Shown in pieces: positions 19,632 to 28,363 of a stretch of 64,000 nucleotides of DNA. Both the position numbers and the translations under genes were made by a program. The stretch is from the sequence record PX667085.1; one strand, 5' to 3'. Positions within the stretch are counted from its first letter, which is position 1. Each line of letters starts with the position of its first letter. Source of the stretch: a phage. Below the pieces are notes generated by a model. The model saw nothing but the letters and a program-made list of their open reading frames with translations, did no database searches and had not been told where the DNA came from.

Positions 19632-19881
19632 TGAGCAAAAAGTAAATAAACGATGCCTTACCATTAAAGATTTGGATGTAGGAGATACTTTCGTCTATGA
19701 AAATGCATTTGACGAAAATGGTTTAGACCTTAGTGAAATCATTGTTTATTTAAAAGTAGATGATGGGGAAAATGATTATTCTGCTGTAGAACTAAACCAT
19801 CATGCACAATTAGTATCAATCCAAAACACATCTAAGCTTTTGGAAGTAGAATTGACTGTAACTGGTATTACACTTAAATAA
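19612..19881 (+). CDS. small hypothetical protein, cassette paralog B
   Basis: GTG start 5 nt after AGGAGG; paralog of 18312-18590. Confidence 0.5.
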   Translation: MLNFEIDEQKVNKRCLTIKDLDVGDTFVYENAFDENGLDLSEIIVYLKVDDGENDYSAVELNHHAQLVSIQNTSKLLEVELTVTGITLK

Positions 19882-19896
19882 TAGAGGAGACAAAAG

Positions 19897-20499
19897 ATGA
19901 CTGATAAAATTTCCCTGAAAAAAGGCTCTAGCGAAAAAATTTCCCTGAAGAAAGTTGCTCCGGCTCTGAAAGAACTGCGCCTGGAATTCTCTTGGAAATC
20001 TGATTCTAAACTGGATCTGGATGTAAGTGCACTGGTTTGTCGTCACAATGCCGCTGGTAATCCTGAAATGCTGTCTGCACGTCATCTGGTTTGCTATGCT
20101 AACAAGTTTGATCCTGAACGTTCTACCTTCGCTGGTGACGATGTTCGTGATGGAACTGGCAGCATGGAGCAGATTGATATTACTCTGGCTAAAATCTCTC
20201 CTGATGCACAAGAGATTGCCTTTGTTCTGACCATTGATGATGATACAGGTCTGAAACGTTTTGGTCATGCTTCTGAAGGTATGCTTAAAATCTTCGACTC
20301 CGAGCGCAATGTGGAAATTCTGGATTTTGACTTCCTGGCTCCTGAAGTAGCTGGCAACACAATCTGCCACGTGGCTTCCTTGGTTCGTGAAGATGGGGAA
20401 TGGAAGCTGAAAGCATATGGTGTAGGTAAAGCTGGTCTGGATATTTGTGATGTGGTGATGGCCTTCGGTGGTAAAAAAGAATGGTATGAATGTCCATAA
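19897..20499 (+). CDS. terD: TerD-domain protein
   Basis: Matches E. coli TerD (recalled from memory): N-terminal SLKKG...ISLKK, DLDVSAL, GDDVRDGTGS, IAFVLTIDD, DGEWKLKAYG. Confidence 0.8.
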   Translation: MTDKISLKKGSSEKISLKKVAPALKELRLEFSWKSDSKLDLDVSALVCRHNAAGNPEMLSARHLVCYANKFDPERSTFAGDDVRDGTGSMEQIDITLAKISPDAQEIAFVLTIDDDTGLKRFGHASEGMLKIFDSERNVEILDFDFLAPEVAGNTICHVASLVREDGEWKLKAYGVGKAGLDICDVVMAFGGKKEWYECP

Positions 20500-20517
20500 T
20501 AATTAACAAATGATTTT

Positions 20518-20537
20518 GAGGGGGAGAAATCCCCCTC
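20518..20537 (+). terminator. GC-rich hairpin, putative terminator
   Basis: gaggggg/ccccctc stem after terD; weak T-tract. Confidence 0.45.
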
Positions 20538-20566
20538 TTGCAATAAAGCCTCTATCGTGTTATACT
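20538..20566 (+). promoter_or_regulatory. sigma70-like promoter (TTGCAA, 17 nt spacer, TATACT)
   Basis: Near-consensus hexamers with optimal spacing. Confidence 0.55.
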
Positions 20567-20598
20567 AGAAATTCGTTAACTTAAAAAGGAGGCAAAAT

Positions 20599-21120
20599 TT
20601 GCTGATAAAAAACTTTGTAACAGTTGCGTTACTATCCTTAACTGCTTTTACATTTACACCTGTTGTGGCGAAAGCCGAAGCTGCAAACGTAAAAACCGCT
20701 AAAGTAGTTCACAAATGTACAAAGCAATATAATGATAAAATTCTATTAGCTTGTGCAATTTACGCAGAAGGTCGCGGTCTGGGTAAAAAAGGAATGAATG
20801 CCGTTGGGAATGTGGTAATCAACAGAAGAAATGATACCTACTTCCCTAACACAGTCAGAGGAGTCTTGTTCCAGAAAGGACAATTCTCATATGCGAAAAC
20901 TTTTAACGTAACAGAGAAAGATAAGTGGCAGGAAGCAAAAGCAATAGCGGAACGTTTACTTTATTTAGAGAAACATTTTCCTGAATTGCGGTCTGTTTTA
21001 GATGTTACTAAAGGTGCTCTATACTTCAAGAAACGGAATATAAGGACAAACTGGGAACGTGATATGCGTCTTGTTTATCGAGATAAAGTGCATGGTTTCT
21101 ATCTACCAAAGGGGAGTTAA
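20599..21120 (+). CDS. SleB/CwlJ-like cell wall hydrolase with signal peptide (candidate endolysin)
   Basis: AIYAEGRG...NVVINR...QFSYA motifs; N-terminal signal peptide; TTG start after AAAAGGAGG. Confidence 0.65.
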   Translation: MLIKNFVTVALLSLTAFTFTPVVAKAEAANVKTAKVVHKCTKQYNDKILLACAIYAEGRGLGKKGMNAVGNVVINRRNDTYFPNTVRGVLFQKGQFSYAKTFNVTEKDKWQEAKAIAERLLYLEKHFPELRSVLDVTKGALYFKKRNIRTNWERDMRLVYRDKVHGFYLPKGS

Positions 21121-21121
21121 A

Positions 21122-21406
21122 ATGCAAGAAGATAATACTGTTGTTGTAGCAAGTTACCTGGTTGTCGGTCTTACCGAAGAGGACGTATACTACACCCGTA
21201 AGCATTTGGAAGCATACGCTACTTTGTTTATGGAAGATGAAAAGGATGTAGATAAATATAGCATTGATATGATCAACGACAGTATTTATCCTTGTATGGT
21301 TCTTAAAGTAGATGCTGTGTTGTGGGAGCGTTTTGCAAGGACTCATGATGCTGTAGAATGCTCCGCAGTAATGTCTCAAAACAACATTTTAGGGGAGATT
21401 CATTGA
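21122..21406 (+). CDS. hypothetical protein
   Basis: GGGGAG then ATG at 21122. Confidence 0.5.
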   Translation: MQEDNTVVVASYLVVGLTEEDVYYTRKHLEAYATLFMEDEKDVDKYSIDMINDSIYPCMVLKVDAVLWERFARTHDAVECSAVMSQNNILGEIH

Positions 21407-21636
21407 TGGGAGAAGTCATTGAAGTCAATTTTCGCACTAAACAGAAAGTGCAAAAATATGTCGTTATTAAAAACATTTGCGTTGTCTGCTTCAATACAGT
21501 AATATACGACTCACGACGCGGAGAAAACGAAAATGAACCTTACATTGAAATTTCTAAGAACAAAGGTCAATGTATTTGTAAGAACTGTGCAGTAGCTATT
21601 AAGGAGGTTGTAAATGAAAACGCTTGGGACCAATGA
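21406..21636 (+). CDS. small Cys-rich (zinc-ribbon-like) protein
   Basis: CVVC ... CICKNC spacing; ATG overlaps upstream TGA. Confidence 0.45.
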   Translation: MGEVIEVNFRTKQKVQKYVVIKNICVVCFNTVIYDSRRGENENEPYIEISKNKGQCICKNCAVAIKEVVNENAWDQ

Positions 21637-21805
21637 AACTGGCGAAATCTCTCTTCAAGAAGTGACAAACGACAAGCTGATTAAACTACGGGATGTAGCT
21701 CGTGACCATCTCCAAGAATCTTTTAAAGAATATATGGAAGCACGAGATCGTGTGATCCAGATTCAACAAGAAATGATTAAACGTGGGATTGTAGCTGACA
21801 GTTAA
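21614..21805 (+). CDS. hypothetical protein (63 aa)
   Basis: AAGGAGG ribosome binding site; overlaps previous ORF by 23 nt. Confidence 0.45.
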   Translation: MKTLGTNETGEISLQEVTNDKLIKLRDVARDHLQESFKEYMEARDRVIQIQQEMIKRGIVADS

Positions 21806-21821
21806 TATAACGGAGGGGAGA

Positions 21822-22385
21822 ATGATTTATTATATTACTCCCTATCTGACAGGAAATATCGGCAAGGCTATCAATGAAGCCATTGCCGTTCTTCCAGATG
21901 ATAGTTGGGTGTGTTTAAGAGATACCGATACAATGTTCCTCCTACCTGATCAACCATCTATGCTTGAAGAGCTTGTTATGTCAAATCCGCCTTTTGATGT
22001 AATAGGTGCAACTTGTAACAGGTTAGGCAGTGGTTATCAGCTTTTCTCTAACCAAATTAACGATGATCCAGATATTCTAAACCATATAGAATATGCTAAG
22101 ATTGCAAGAGAATATCATAAAGTGAGTGTTGAAGAAGTTCCTTTCGGAACACCTCTAGCAGGTTTCTTCTTGCTTTTTAGAAAATCATTGTGGAATGAAA
22201 TTCCTTTCGAAGAAAAATCTATCCAATTCGACTTAATTTTCTCTCGCACTTTACATGAAAAAGGGAAGAGGTTAGGATTGATGCGGGGAATGTATCTGTT
22301 TCACATTTACAGATTAGGTCAAACAAATCCTCAACGGTCTATACATCATTTATTACACTGTCATGATCACAGTAAAACTATTTAG
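21822..22385 (+). CDS. putative glycosyltransferase (GT-A-like)
   Basis: N-terminal Y..G..N.A and DTD (DxD-like) arrangement; weak. Confidence 0.4.
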   Translation: MIYYITPYLTGNIGKAINEAIAVLPDDSWVCLRDTDTMFLLPDQPSMLEELVMSNPPFDVIGATCNRLGSGYQLFSNQINDDPDILNHIEYAKIAREYHKVSVEEVPFGTPLAGFFLLFRKSLWNEIPFEEKSIQFDLIFSRTLHEKGKRLGLMRGMYLFHIYRLGQTNPQRSIHHLLHCHDHSKTI

Positions 22386-22393
22386 GAGAGAAA

Positions 22394-23077
22394 ATGGAAA
22401 ATATTAAAATTGGAGTGGGTGTTATCACTGTAGGTGTCCGTCCACTTAAAGACTACCTTGTAACAGATCCACGTGCAGATTTTCGAGTATTCAACGATCC
22501 AGATCGTAAAGGTGTAGCTTATGCCAGGAATGAACTTATGCACCAGTTTTATGAAGAAGGTTATGATTATTGGTTTATTTTTGACGACGATTGCTACCCA
22601 GTCATGGAGGGATGGGAAACATACTTTGTAGGTCAAGCTGTCTCTGGAGGATGGGATTTCTTTGGTATGCCGGAGTATTTCAAAGATAAAGTTGTTGGAA
22701 GCAAAGGAGAAGTTATTCTCTGGGAACTTGCAATGTGTCAATTTGCAATGTATTCTCGTGCCGTTGTTGAGAAGATGGGTTATTTCCGTCCTTACACTCA
22801 CGGCTATGGTTTTGAAGATGCTGAATGGGGACACCGTTTGCAAGCTGCTGGTTTGAATCATGGTATTCAGGCAACACCTTGTCCACTTCGTATCATGGCT
22901 TATATCCACCCAGACGATGTTTTTGGAAACAATCCTATGCCTTTTGCTAATCTGACAAAAGAAGAGAAAGAAGCTGCTATCGGGATTAACTGGGAAGAAT
23001 ATAAAGCATCTTTAGAGGATATTAAAAATGGGAAAATCCGAATTTCCTATGAGGAGGCACTGGCACATGTCAAATAA
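22394..23077 (+). CDS. family 2-like glycosyltransferase (GT-A)
   Basis: GVAYARNE, FIFDDD (DxD) and GYGFEDAEWGHRL (ED motif) in canonical GT2 order. Confidence 0.6.
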   Translation: MENIKIGVGVITVGVRPLKDYLVTDPRADFRVFNDPDRKGVAYARNELMHQFYEEGYDYWFIFDDDCYPVMEGWETYFVGQAVSGGWDFFGMPEYFKDKVVGSKGEVILWELAMCQFAMYSRAVVEKMGYFRPYTHGYGFEDAEWGHRLQAAGLNHGIQATPCPLRIMAYIHPDDVFGNNPMPFANLTKEEKEAAIGINWEEYKASLEDIKNGKIRISYEEALAHVK

Positions 23078-24014
23078 AAAATGGTCTAAACTAAAAATTG
23101 ATGCAAAACCTCATAGCGGTTGTGACTATCATCGTATTGTTATGCCATTTAACAACAATAATTTTCAACCTAAGAAAGATATTGTTGTGTTTAACCGTAT
23201 CCACTCTAAAGGTGCAGAATACGTTTTATCTTTGAAACGTCAAGGTGTTAAGGTTGTTGTAGATTTAGATGATTTTTACCAACTTAATCCAGAGCATTAT
23301 TTAGCAAGTCTATACGAGTCAAACACTCATGCTATTGTAGCTATGGTTAAGCTTGCTGATGTGGTTATTGTGACTACAGAATATTTGGCATATAAGATCC
23401 GTCACTTAAATAGAAATGTCGTTGTGATCCGAAATGCACTTCCTTTTGATAGCGGACAATTCACTTTGTCAAATGATCGTTCATCCGGTACCCCTGTTGT
23501 ATGGGCTGGCGGTGCTAGTCACGAACCAGATTTACGACTAGTCTCTAATACTTTCGATGATGAACTTCTTACTATTGCGGGATATGAAGCATCACAAAGC
23601 ATCACGGGACAAGAGTGGATTAAGATTCGCAGAAATTTACCAAATGCCAAATATAAAGCTGCTGTAAAAGATTTAGATAATTACATGAGTGTTTACGAAA
23701 GTCATGCTATTGCTATAGCTCCTTTGGTAGACAATGATTTTAATAATTGTAAAAGTAATCTCAAAATCCTGGAAGCTGGAGCAAAAGGTATTCCGATTAT
23801 TTGTTCTAAGGTATTACCTTATTTTAACCCTGTAGATGCTCGCGCTGTTGCTTACGCAGAGAATAAAGCAGAATGGCATTACGAAATTGTTAAGCTTCTT
23901 CGCAATCCAAACTATCGGGAAGATCGTGGCTTGTTCTTGGCTGAACATGTTCGAACACATTATAATCTGGCAGATGCAAACGAGTTGCGACGCCAGGTTA
24001 TTGAAAGTTTGTAG
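23067..24014 (+). CDS. putative glycosyltransferase (GT-B-like), paralog 1
   Basis: GAGGAGG then ATG at 23067; KSNLKILEAGAKGIPIICS resembles the GT-B C-terminal motif; paralog of the next gene. Confidence 0.45.
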   Translation: MSNKKWSKLKIDAKPHSGCDYHRIVMPFNNNNFQPKKDIVVFNRIHSKGAEYVLSLKRQGVKVVVDLDDFYQLNPEHYLASLYESNTHAIVAMVKLADVVIVTTEYLAYKIRHLNRNVVVIRNALPFDSGQFTLSNDRSSGTPVVWAGGASHEPDLRLVSNTFDDELLTIAGYEASQSITGQEWIKIRRNLPNAKYKAAVKDLDNYMSVYESHAIAIAPLVDNDFNNCKSNLKILEAGAKGIPIICSKVLPYFNPVDARAVAYAENKAEWHYEIVKLLRNPNYREDRGLFLAEHVRTHYNLADANELRRQVIESL

Positions 24015-24021
24015 GTGAAGT

Positions 24022-24966
24022 ATGGGACAAATAATTCTTGACAATCGTAACGGAATCAATTATAGTGTCTGCGATTTCCATAGGGTAGTGCTGCCTTACT
24101 CAAGGCAGTTCTCTTCACAACCTAAATACAACGTTTTCGTTTTTAACGGAGTGCCAACAAAAGGTAAAGAGGGCTTTTTAGCCCTTAAAAACCTAGGCTT
24201 TAAAATGGTTATGGATTTGGATGACTCTTTAGTTATTCCAAAAGGACACATGTTAGAAGGTATTTTTGAATCAGGTATTCGTGAACATTTAAAATGGTTT
24301 TTAGAGCACAGTGATCTTGTTACAACTACGACACCTGCCTTGCAAGTTGAACTTTCACAATACAATGATAATGTGCACATAATCCCTAATGGACTTCCTT
24401 ATGACGAAGGTCAATTTGTGTTGACCCGTGATCGCTACTCCAAAACTCCATTAGTCTGGGCTGGAAGTGAAACACATAAGCAAGATTTGGCTATCTTGCC
24501 CGATTTTGGTAAAGATCTTACAATATGTGGTTTTCGTAGGGATTCTGAAGTTTTAAGTAGTCGTGAATGGTCTGTAATCAGAGAAAATGTAGCACCAACT
24601 TGTGTTTATGAAGGTGTAAGACCATATGCCAACTACATGGAATCTTACGATGGTCATCAAATCAGTCTTGCGCCACTGATTGATAACGTGTTTAATAATG
24701 CAAAAAGCAATCTTAAAATTCTTGAGGCAGGTGCTAAGGGTTTACCTTTGATCTGTTCTCCTCGTGAGAATTATCATACACAAGAGTTTAAAGATCTGTT
24801 GTTCTTTGCTGAAACACCTTCCGAGTGGAAAGATATTACGGAATACTTATTAAGTGCTCCCGATGTTTGCATGGAGAAAGGATTAGCATTAGCTAAGTAT
24901 GTCAGGACTCATTATCACATTGATGTGTTGAATGAGCGTCGTAGACTTTTATTTGAGGAGCTATAA
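24022..24966 (+). CDS. putative glycosyltransferase (GT-B-like), paralog 2
   Basis: Shares CD(Y/F)HR, DLDD, TPVVWAG and KSNLKILEAGAKG motifs with paralog 1. Confidence 0.45.
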   Translation: MGQIILDNRNGINYSVCDFHRVVLPYSRQFSSQPKYNVFVFNGVPTKGKEGFLALKNLGFKMVMDLDDSLVIPKGHMLEGIFESGIREHLKWFLEHSDLVTTTTPALQVELSQYNDNVHIIPNGLPYDEGQFVLTRDRYSKTPLVWAGSETHKQDLAILPDFGKDLTICGFRRDSEVLSSREWSVIRENVAPTCVYEGVRPYANYMESYDGHQISLAPLIDNVFNNAKSNLKILEAGAKGLPLICSPRENYHTQEFKDLLFFAETPSEWKDITEYLLSAPDVCMEKGLALAKYVRTHYHIDVLNERRRLLFEEL

Positions 24967-25244
24967 TGATTAACACTTTTGATTTTGAATACACCACTCG
25001 TAACGGGAAAGCCTTAGTTGTGGAGGTGGATTACTATTATGAAGAGCCTAACCCGCTTTCTCGTGAAAGTGATTGGGATTACCACGGAGGGCTTTTAATT
25101 GACGGTATTCGTTTTTATGAAGGCTCTACAGAAGTTTTTGAAAAAGATTTAAATGTAACTGTAGCAGAAATTGCTTTCCAATTTAGAAAGCATATGGAAG
25201 AACTAGAAGCAGAATATATGATGGAGACTAACGAACCATTTTAA
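24966..25244 (+). CDS. hypothetical protein (92 aa)
   Basis: TAATG overlap. Confidence 0.5.
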   Translation: MINTFDFEYTTRNGKALVVEVDYYYEEPNPLSRESDWDYHGGLLIDGIRFYEGSTEVFEKDLNVTVAEIAFQFRKHMEELEAEYMMETNEPF

Positions 25245-25256
25245 CAGGAGAACAAA

Positions 25257-27035
25257 GTGTCGCACATTATAACTAAATATGGATTTGATGTTGATCTTAG
25301 CAAGGAAGGGCATACAGGTTGTCCGCGCTGCATGAAAAATGGCAAGGATCGCTCTCGTAATAACCTGATGGTTTATGGATTAGATTCTAATGGAGAGCAT
25401 AAAGGTGCTAAGTGCTTTGCGTGTGAATACACTATTCCTAGCGTAGAATGGTTACGAGAAAATGGTGAAGTTTTAGAAGAAGAGGAGGAGATTGTGGGTT
25501 CGGAATTTAATAAACAGATTCATCGTAAAATTGTTCAAGAAACATCAACCAACCCACGTGGTTATCGAGGAATTAAAGAAAAAGTTTCATCTTTCTATGG
25601 TGTTCGTTATGAATACCGTCAGGAAGGGGATCAGATGGTAGTAGAAAGTTGTTTATATCCGACTACTATCGGTAAAGAATTGGTTGGTTTTAAGCGTCGT
25701 ATTCATCCTAAAGATTTCAGTAAACCTATTGGTCAAGTAGGTAAAGATGTAGATCTTTTTGGACAAATTCGTTTTGCAGACCGTTCTCATACTGTGGTAA
25801 TTACAGGTGGTGAACACGATGCTCTGGCAGCTTATCAAATGCTATCTGAAAACTTGGACAACAAGTATGAACTTCCAGCAGTAGTTAGTGGCACAACTGG
25901 TGAAACCAGTATGTATAAACAAGTTCAGGCACAATATCCTTTCTTTGAAAAATTTAAGAAGATTATTGTTTGCATGGATAATGACAAAGCAGGTAATGAA
26001 GCATTTGAAAATATTGTTAAGGTGCTGCCTCGTAACAAAGTCTACCGTATGCAGATGGATCTTAAGGATGCCAATCAGTATCTGGAAGAAGGTCGTGCAA
26101 AAGATTTCGTAAAAGCTTTTTGGAGTGCTCGTCTATACACCCCAGCAGGTGTTTATGCTTCTAATGTCTTGTATGAAGCTGCATTAGAATGCTTGGAATC
26201 CAAGATGATTACCTTGCCTCCTTTTATGCGTGTAGCTGCAAACATGCTGGGTGGTGGTTTAGTAGAGGAAGAGATTACAGTCATCCTGGCAAAGACCAGT
26301 ATCGGTAAAACTTTAATGGTGAACGAGATCACCAAACATATTATTGTTGCGCACCCAGAACATACCCTAGGTATCCTGTCCTTGGAAGCAACTTATAAGA
26401 AATATTCTCGTAACCTGTTGTCCTCGTTCCTGCATATTCCTCTACACAGGAAAACACCGGAAGAGAAATTTCAAATCTTGGAAGAGAATAAAGAAAAAAT
26501 CCTAGATTTTTACGAAAGAGAAGATGGATCACCACGTTTTTATGTGTGTGATGATCGTGGAGCAGATGTGGAGTCTATCAAAGAAAAAGTTTTGGAGATG
26601 ATCATCTATTTTGGAGTAACAATTCTTGTTATCGACCCTTATTCTGATTTGCTTTCTGGTATGGATGTTCAAGCCCAGGAAGAGTTAGCAACATGGTTGA
26701 AGCGCATCATGAAAGAGTATGCTATAACTATTATCGTCATCTCACACGTTAAGAAATCGGCTAATGGTGGCAATGAACACTTAACAGAGGACGATGCAAT
26801 GGGTAGTAGTTTCTTGGCTAAAGGTGCTGGTATTACCTTGGCTTTGGAACGAGATAAAGCCGCTGAAGACCCTGTAGAACGCAATACGACTCATTGCTTT
26901 ATCCTAAAAAACCGTGAGTTCTCGGAAACTGGTCCGGCAGGGCAGTTTTACTATGACATTAGAACTGCAACTCTGCATGACAAAGAGCAGTATTTCAACA
27001 ATCCTGCTAATTTGCCTACGGATAGCAACTATTAA
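25257..27035 (+). CDS. bifunctional DNA primase/helicase (T7 gp4-like)
   Basis: N-terminal Zn-ribbon CPRC...CFAC, TOPRIM-like centre, DnaB-type Walker A KTSIGKT; GTG start. Confidence 0.8.
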   Translation: MSHIITKYGFDVDLSKEGHTGCPRCMKNGKDRSRNNLMVYGLDSNGEHKGAKCFACEYTIPSVEWLRENGEVLEEEEEIVGSEFNKQIHRKIVQETSTNPRGYRGIKEKVSSFYGVRYEYRQEGDQMVVESCLYPTTIGKELVGFKRRIHPKDFSKPIGQVGKDVDLFGQIRFADRSHTVVITGGEHDALAAYQMLSENLDNKYELPAVVSGTTGETSMYKQVQAQYPFFEKFKKIIVCMDNDKAGNEAFENIVKVLPRNKVYRMQMDLKDANQYLEEGRAKDFVKAFWSARLYTPAGVYASNVLYEAALECLESKMITLPPFMRVAANMLGGGLVEEEITVILAKTSIGKTLMVNEITKHIIVAHPEHTLGILSLEATYKKYSRNLLSSFLHIPLHRKTPEEKFQILEENKEKILDFYEREDGSPRFYVCDDRGADVESIKEKVLEMIIYFGVTILVIDPYSDLLSGMDVQAQEELATWLKRIMKEYAITIIVISHVKKSANGGNEHLTEDDAMGSSFLAKGAGITLALERDKAAEDPVERNTTHCFILKNREFSETGPAGQFYYDIRTATLHDKEQYFNNPANLPTDSNY

Positions 27036-27054
27036 GGGCTTCGGCCCTTTTATT
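27034..27054 (+). terminator. rho-independent terminator
   Basis: aagggc-ttcg-gccctt hairpin then T-rich tail. Confidence 0.6.
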
Positions 27055-27065
27055 AAAAATACCTG

Positions 27066-27094
27066 TTGACAACTTTGCGGAAGGGACTTATACT
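27066..27094 (+). promoter_or_regulatory. sigma70-like promoter (TTGACA, 17 nt spacer, TATACT)
   Basis: Consensus -35, optimal spacer, 5 of 6 -10. Confidence 0.65.
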
Positions 27095-27127
27095 TGTCTC
27101 ATCAACCAAACAAGAGGAGAAGTAAAA

Positions 27128-27559
27128 ATGCGTATGACAATCGATCTGAATGCAAAAGTTAAAGCTGCTGGTGCTCTGGGTGCTGGTGTTATTAAACACA
27201 AACAAGCGTTGGCATTTGCCATCCCACATATGATTGTTGAGGATCATCCTGAAGAGTTTGCTGTAAAAGTTGTTGAGAACAATGTCTCTGTTATTGAACA
27301 TCTTCCAACTGGACGTTCTTACCGTGTTGTTTCTTCTAAAGGTTTCCGTTTCGATGTAAGCCCTTCTTTCACAAAAGGTGCTGGTCGTAGTAAAGTGGGT
27401 ATTCTTTCTTACAAATATTATATCGATAAAGTTGCAGATGGTGTTGCATTCTGTCGTGTAAGTGAAGGTAAAGTAGATATCATCTTTAAAAATACTAAAA
27501 ACATGGTTATTTCTGATGATGGTAAAGTTGACCTCACTATTGAGTTCGCTAACAACTAA
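27128..27559 (+). CDS. hypothetical protein (143 aa) in its own transcription unit
   Basis: Strong ribosome binding site AGAGGAG; flanked by terminator/promoter upstream. Confidence 0.6.
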   Translation: MRMTIDLNAKVKAAGALGAGVIKHKQALAFAIPHMIVEDHPEEFAVKVVENNVSVIEHLPTGRSYRVVSSKGFRFDVSPSFTKGAGRSKVGILSYKYYIDKVADGVAFCRVSEGKVDIIFKNTKNMVISDDGKVDLTIEFANN

Positions 27560-27568
27560 GGAGGACTA

Positions 27569-28363
27569 TTGAGCAAGTTGAACACACTTGATCAATATTA
27601 CACTAACCCCGCTTATGCGGGGTTCTTATGTGATAAGATCAAAGAAATTTTTGGAGAGGAAGCTAACTACGTAGAACCATCTGCGGGAGAAGGAGCTTTC
27701 TCTTCTTGTTTTAAAAACATAACTTCTTTTGATATTGACCCTAAGTTTGAAGATTGTATTGAGGCAGATTTTTTAGCTCAATCTGTTGAGTCTGTTGGTA
27801 GTGTAACTGCTTTTGTCGGTAATCCTCCATTTGGAAAAAATGCTAGTCTTGCCATTAAATTCTTTAACCATTGTGCTGAAATGCTGGATAACGAAGGTGG
27901 TATTTGTTTTATCTTGCCTCGCACATTTCAAAAAATCTTTTTTGCACACAAGCTAAATCCCCATATGCATCTTCTTTACGAAGAAGAATGTCCAAAAGGA
28001 TCTTTTATTCTTCATGGAGAACCTTGGGATGTTCCTTGTGTATTCCAGGTATGGATTAAACGCAACGAGAAGCGTTCTCCCGTTGTTTTAGGAGAGAATC
28101 GACTATTCGTATTAGGTAACAGTAAAGACTACGATATAGCCGTTAGGAGAGCGGGAGCAAGTGCAGGTAAAGTGTTATCAGAAGAAGATTCTTTATCTGA
28201 AGCATCTACCTATTTTTTAAAAGCCTTGACTTCTGATCTTAAAACGCGTATCATTGAGGCTTACCCGTTACTTAAAGCTGAAGCTAGTAAAACTGCGGGA
28301 GTAAGAAGTTTAAGTTTAAAAGAACTTCAGTGGGTTCTGGAGAACATTAGAAAGGAGGAATAG
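27569..28363 (+). CDS. N6-adenine DNA methyltransferase (gamma-class-like)
   Basis: AdoMet motif EPSAGEGAF and catalytic GNPPFG; TTG start after AAGGAGG. Confidence 0.6.
   Translation: MSKLNTLDQYYTNPAYAGFLCDKIKEIFGEEANYVEPSAGEGAFSSCFKNITSFDIDPKFEDCIEADFLAQSVESVGSVTAFVGNPPFGKNASLAIKFFNHCAEMLDNEGGICFILPRTFQKIFFAHKLNPHMHLLYEEECPKGSFILHGEPWDVPCVFQVWIKRNEKRSPVVLGENRLFVLGNSKDYDIAVRRAGASAGKVLSEEDSLSEASTYFLKALTSDLKTRIIEAYPLLKAEASKTAGVRSLSLKELQWVLENIRKEE

Noticed and set aside
19816-20543. Minus-strand ORFs 19816-20370, 20265-20543 and 20285-20509, antisense to terD
   Set aside because: The plus-strand frame matches TerD along its whole length; antisense frames are coincidental.
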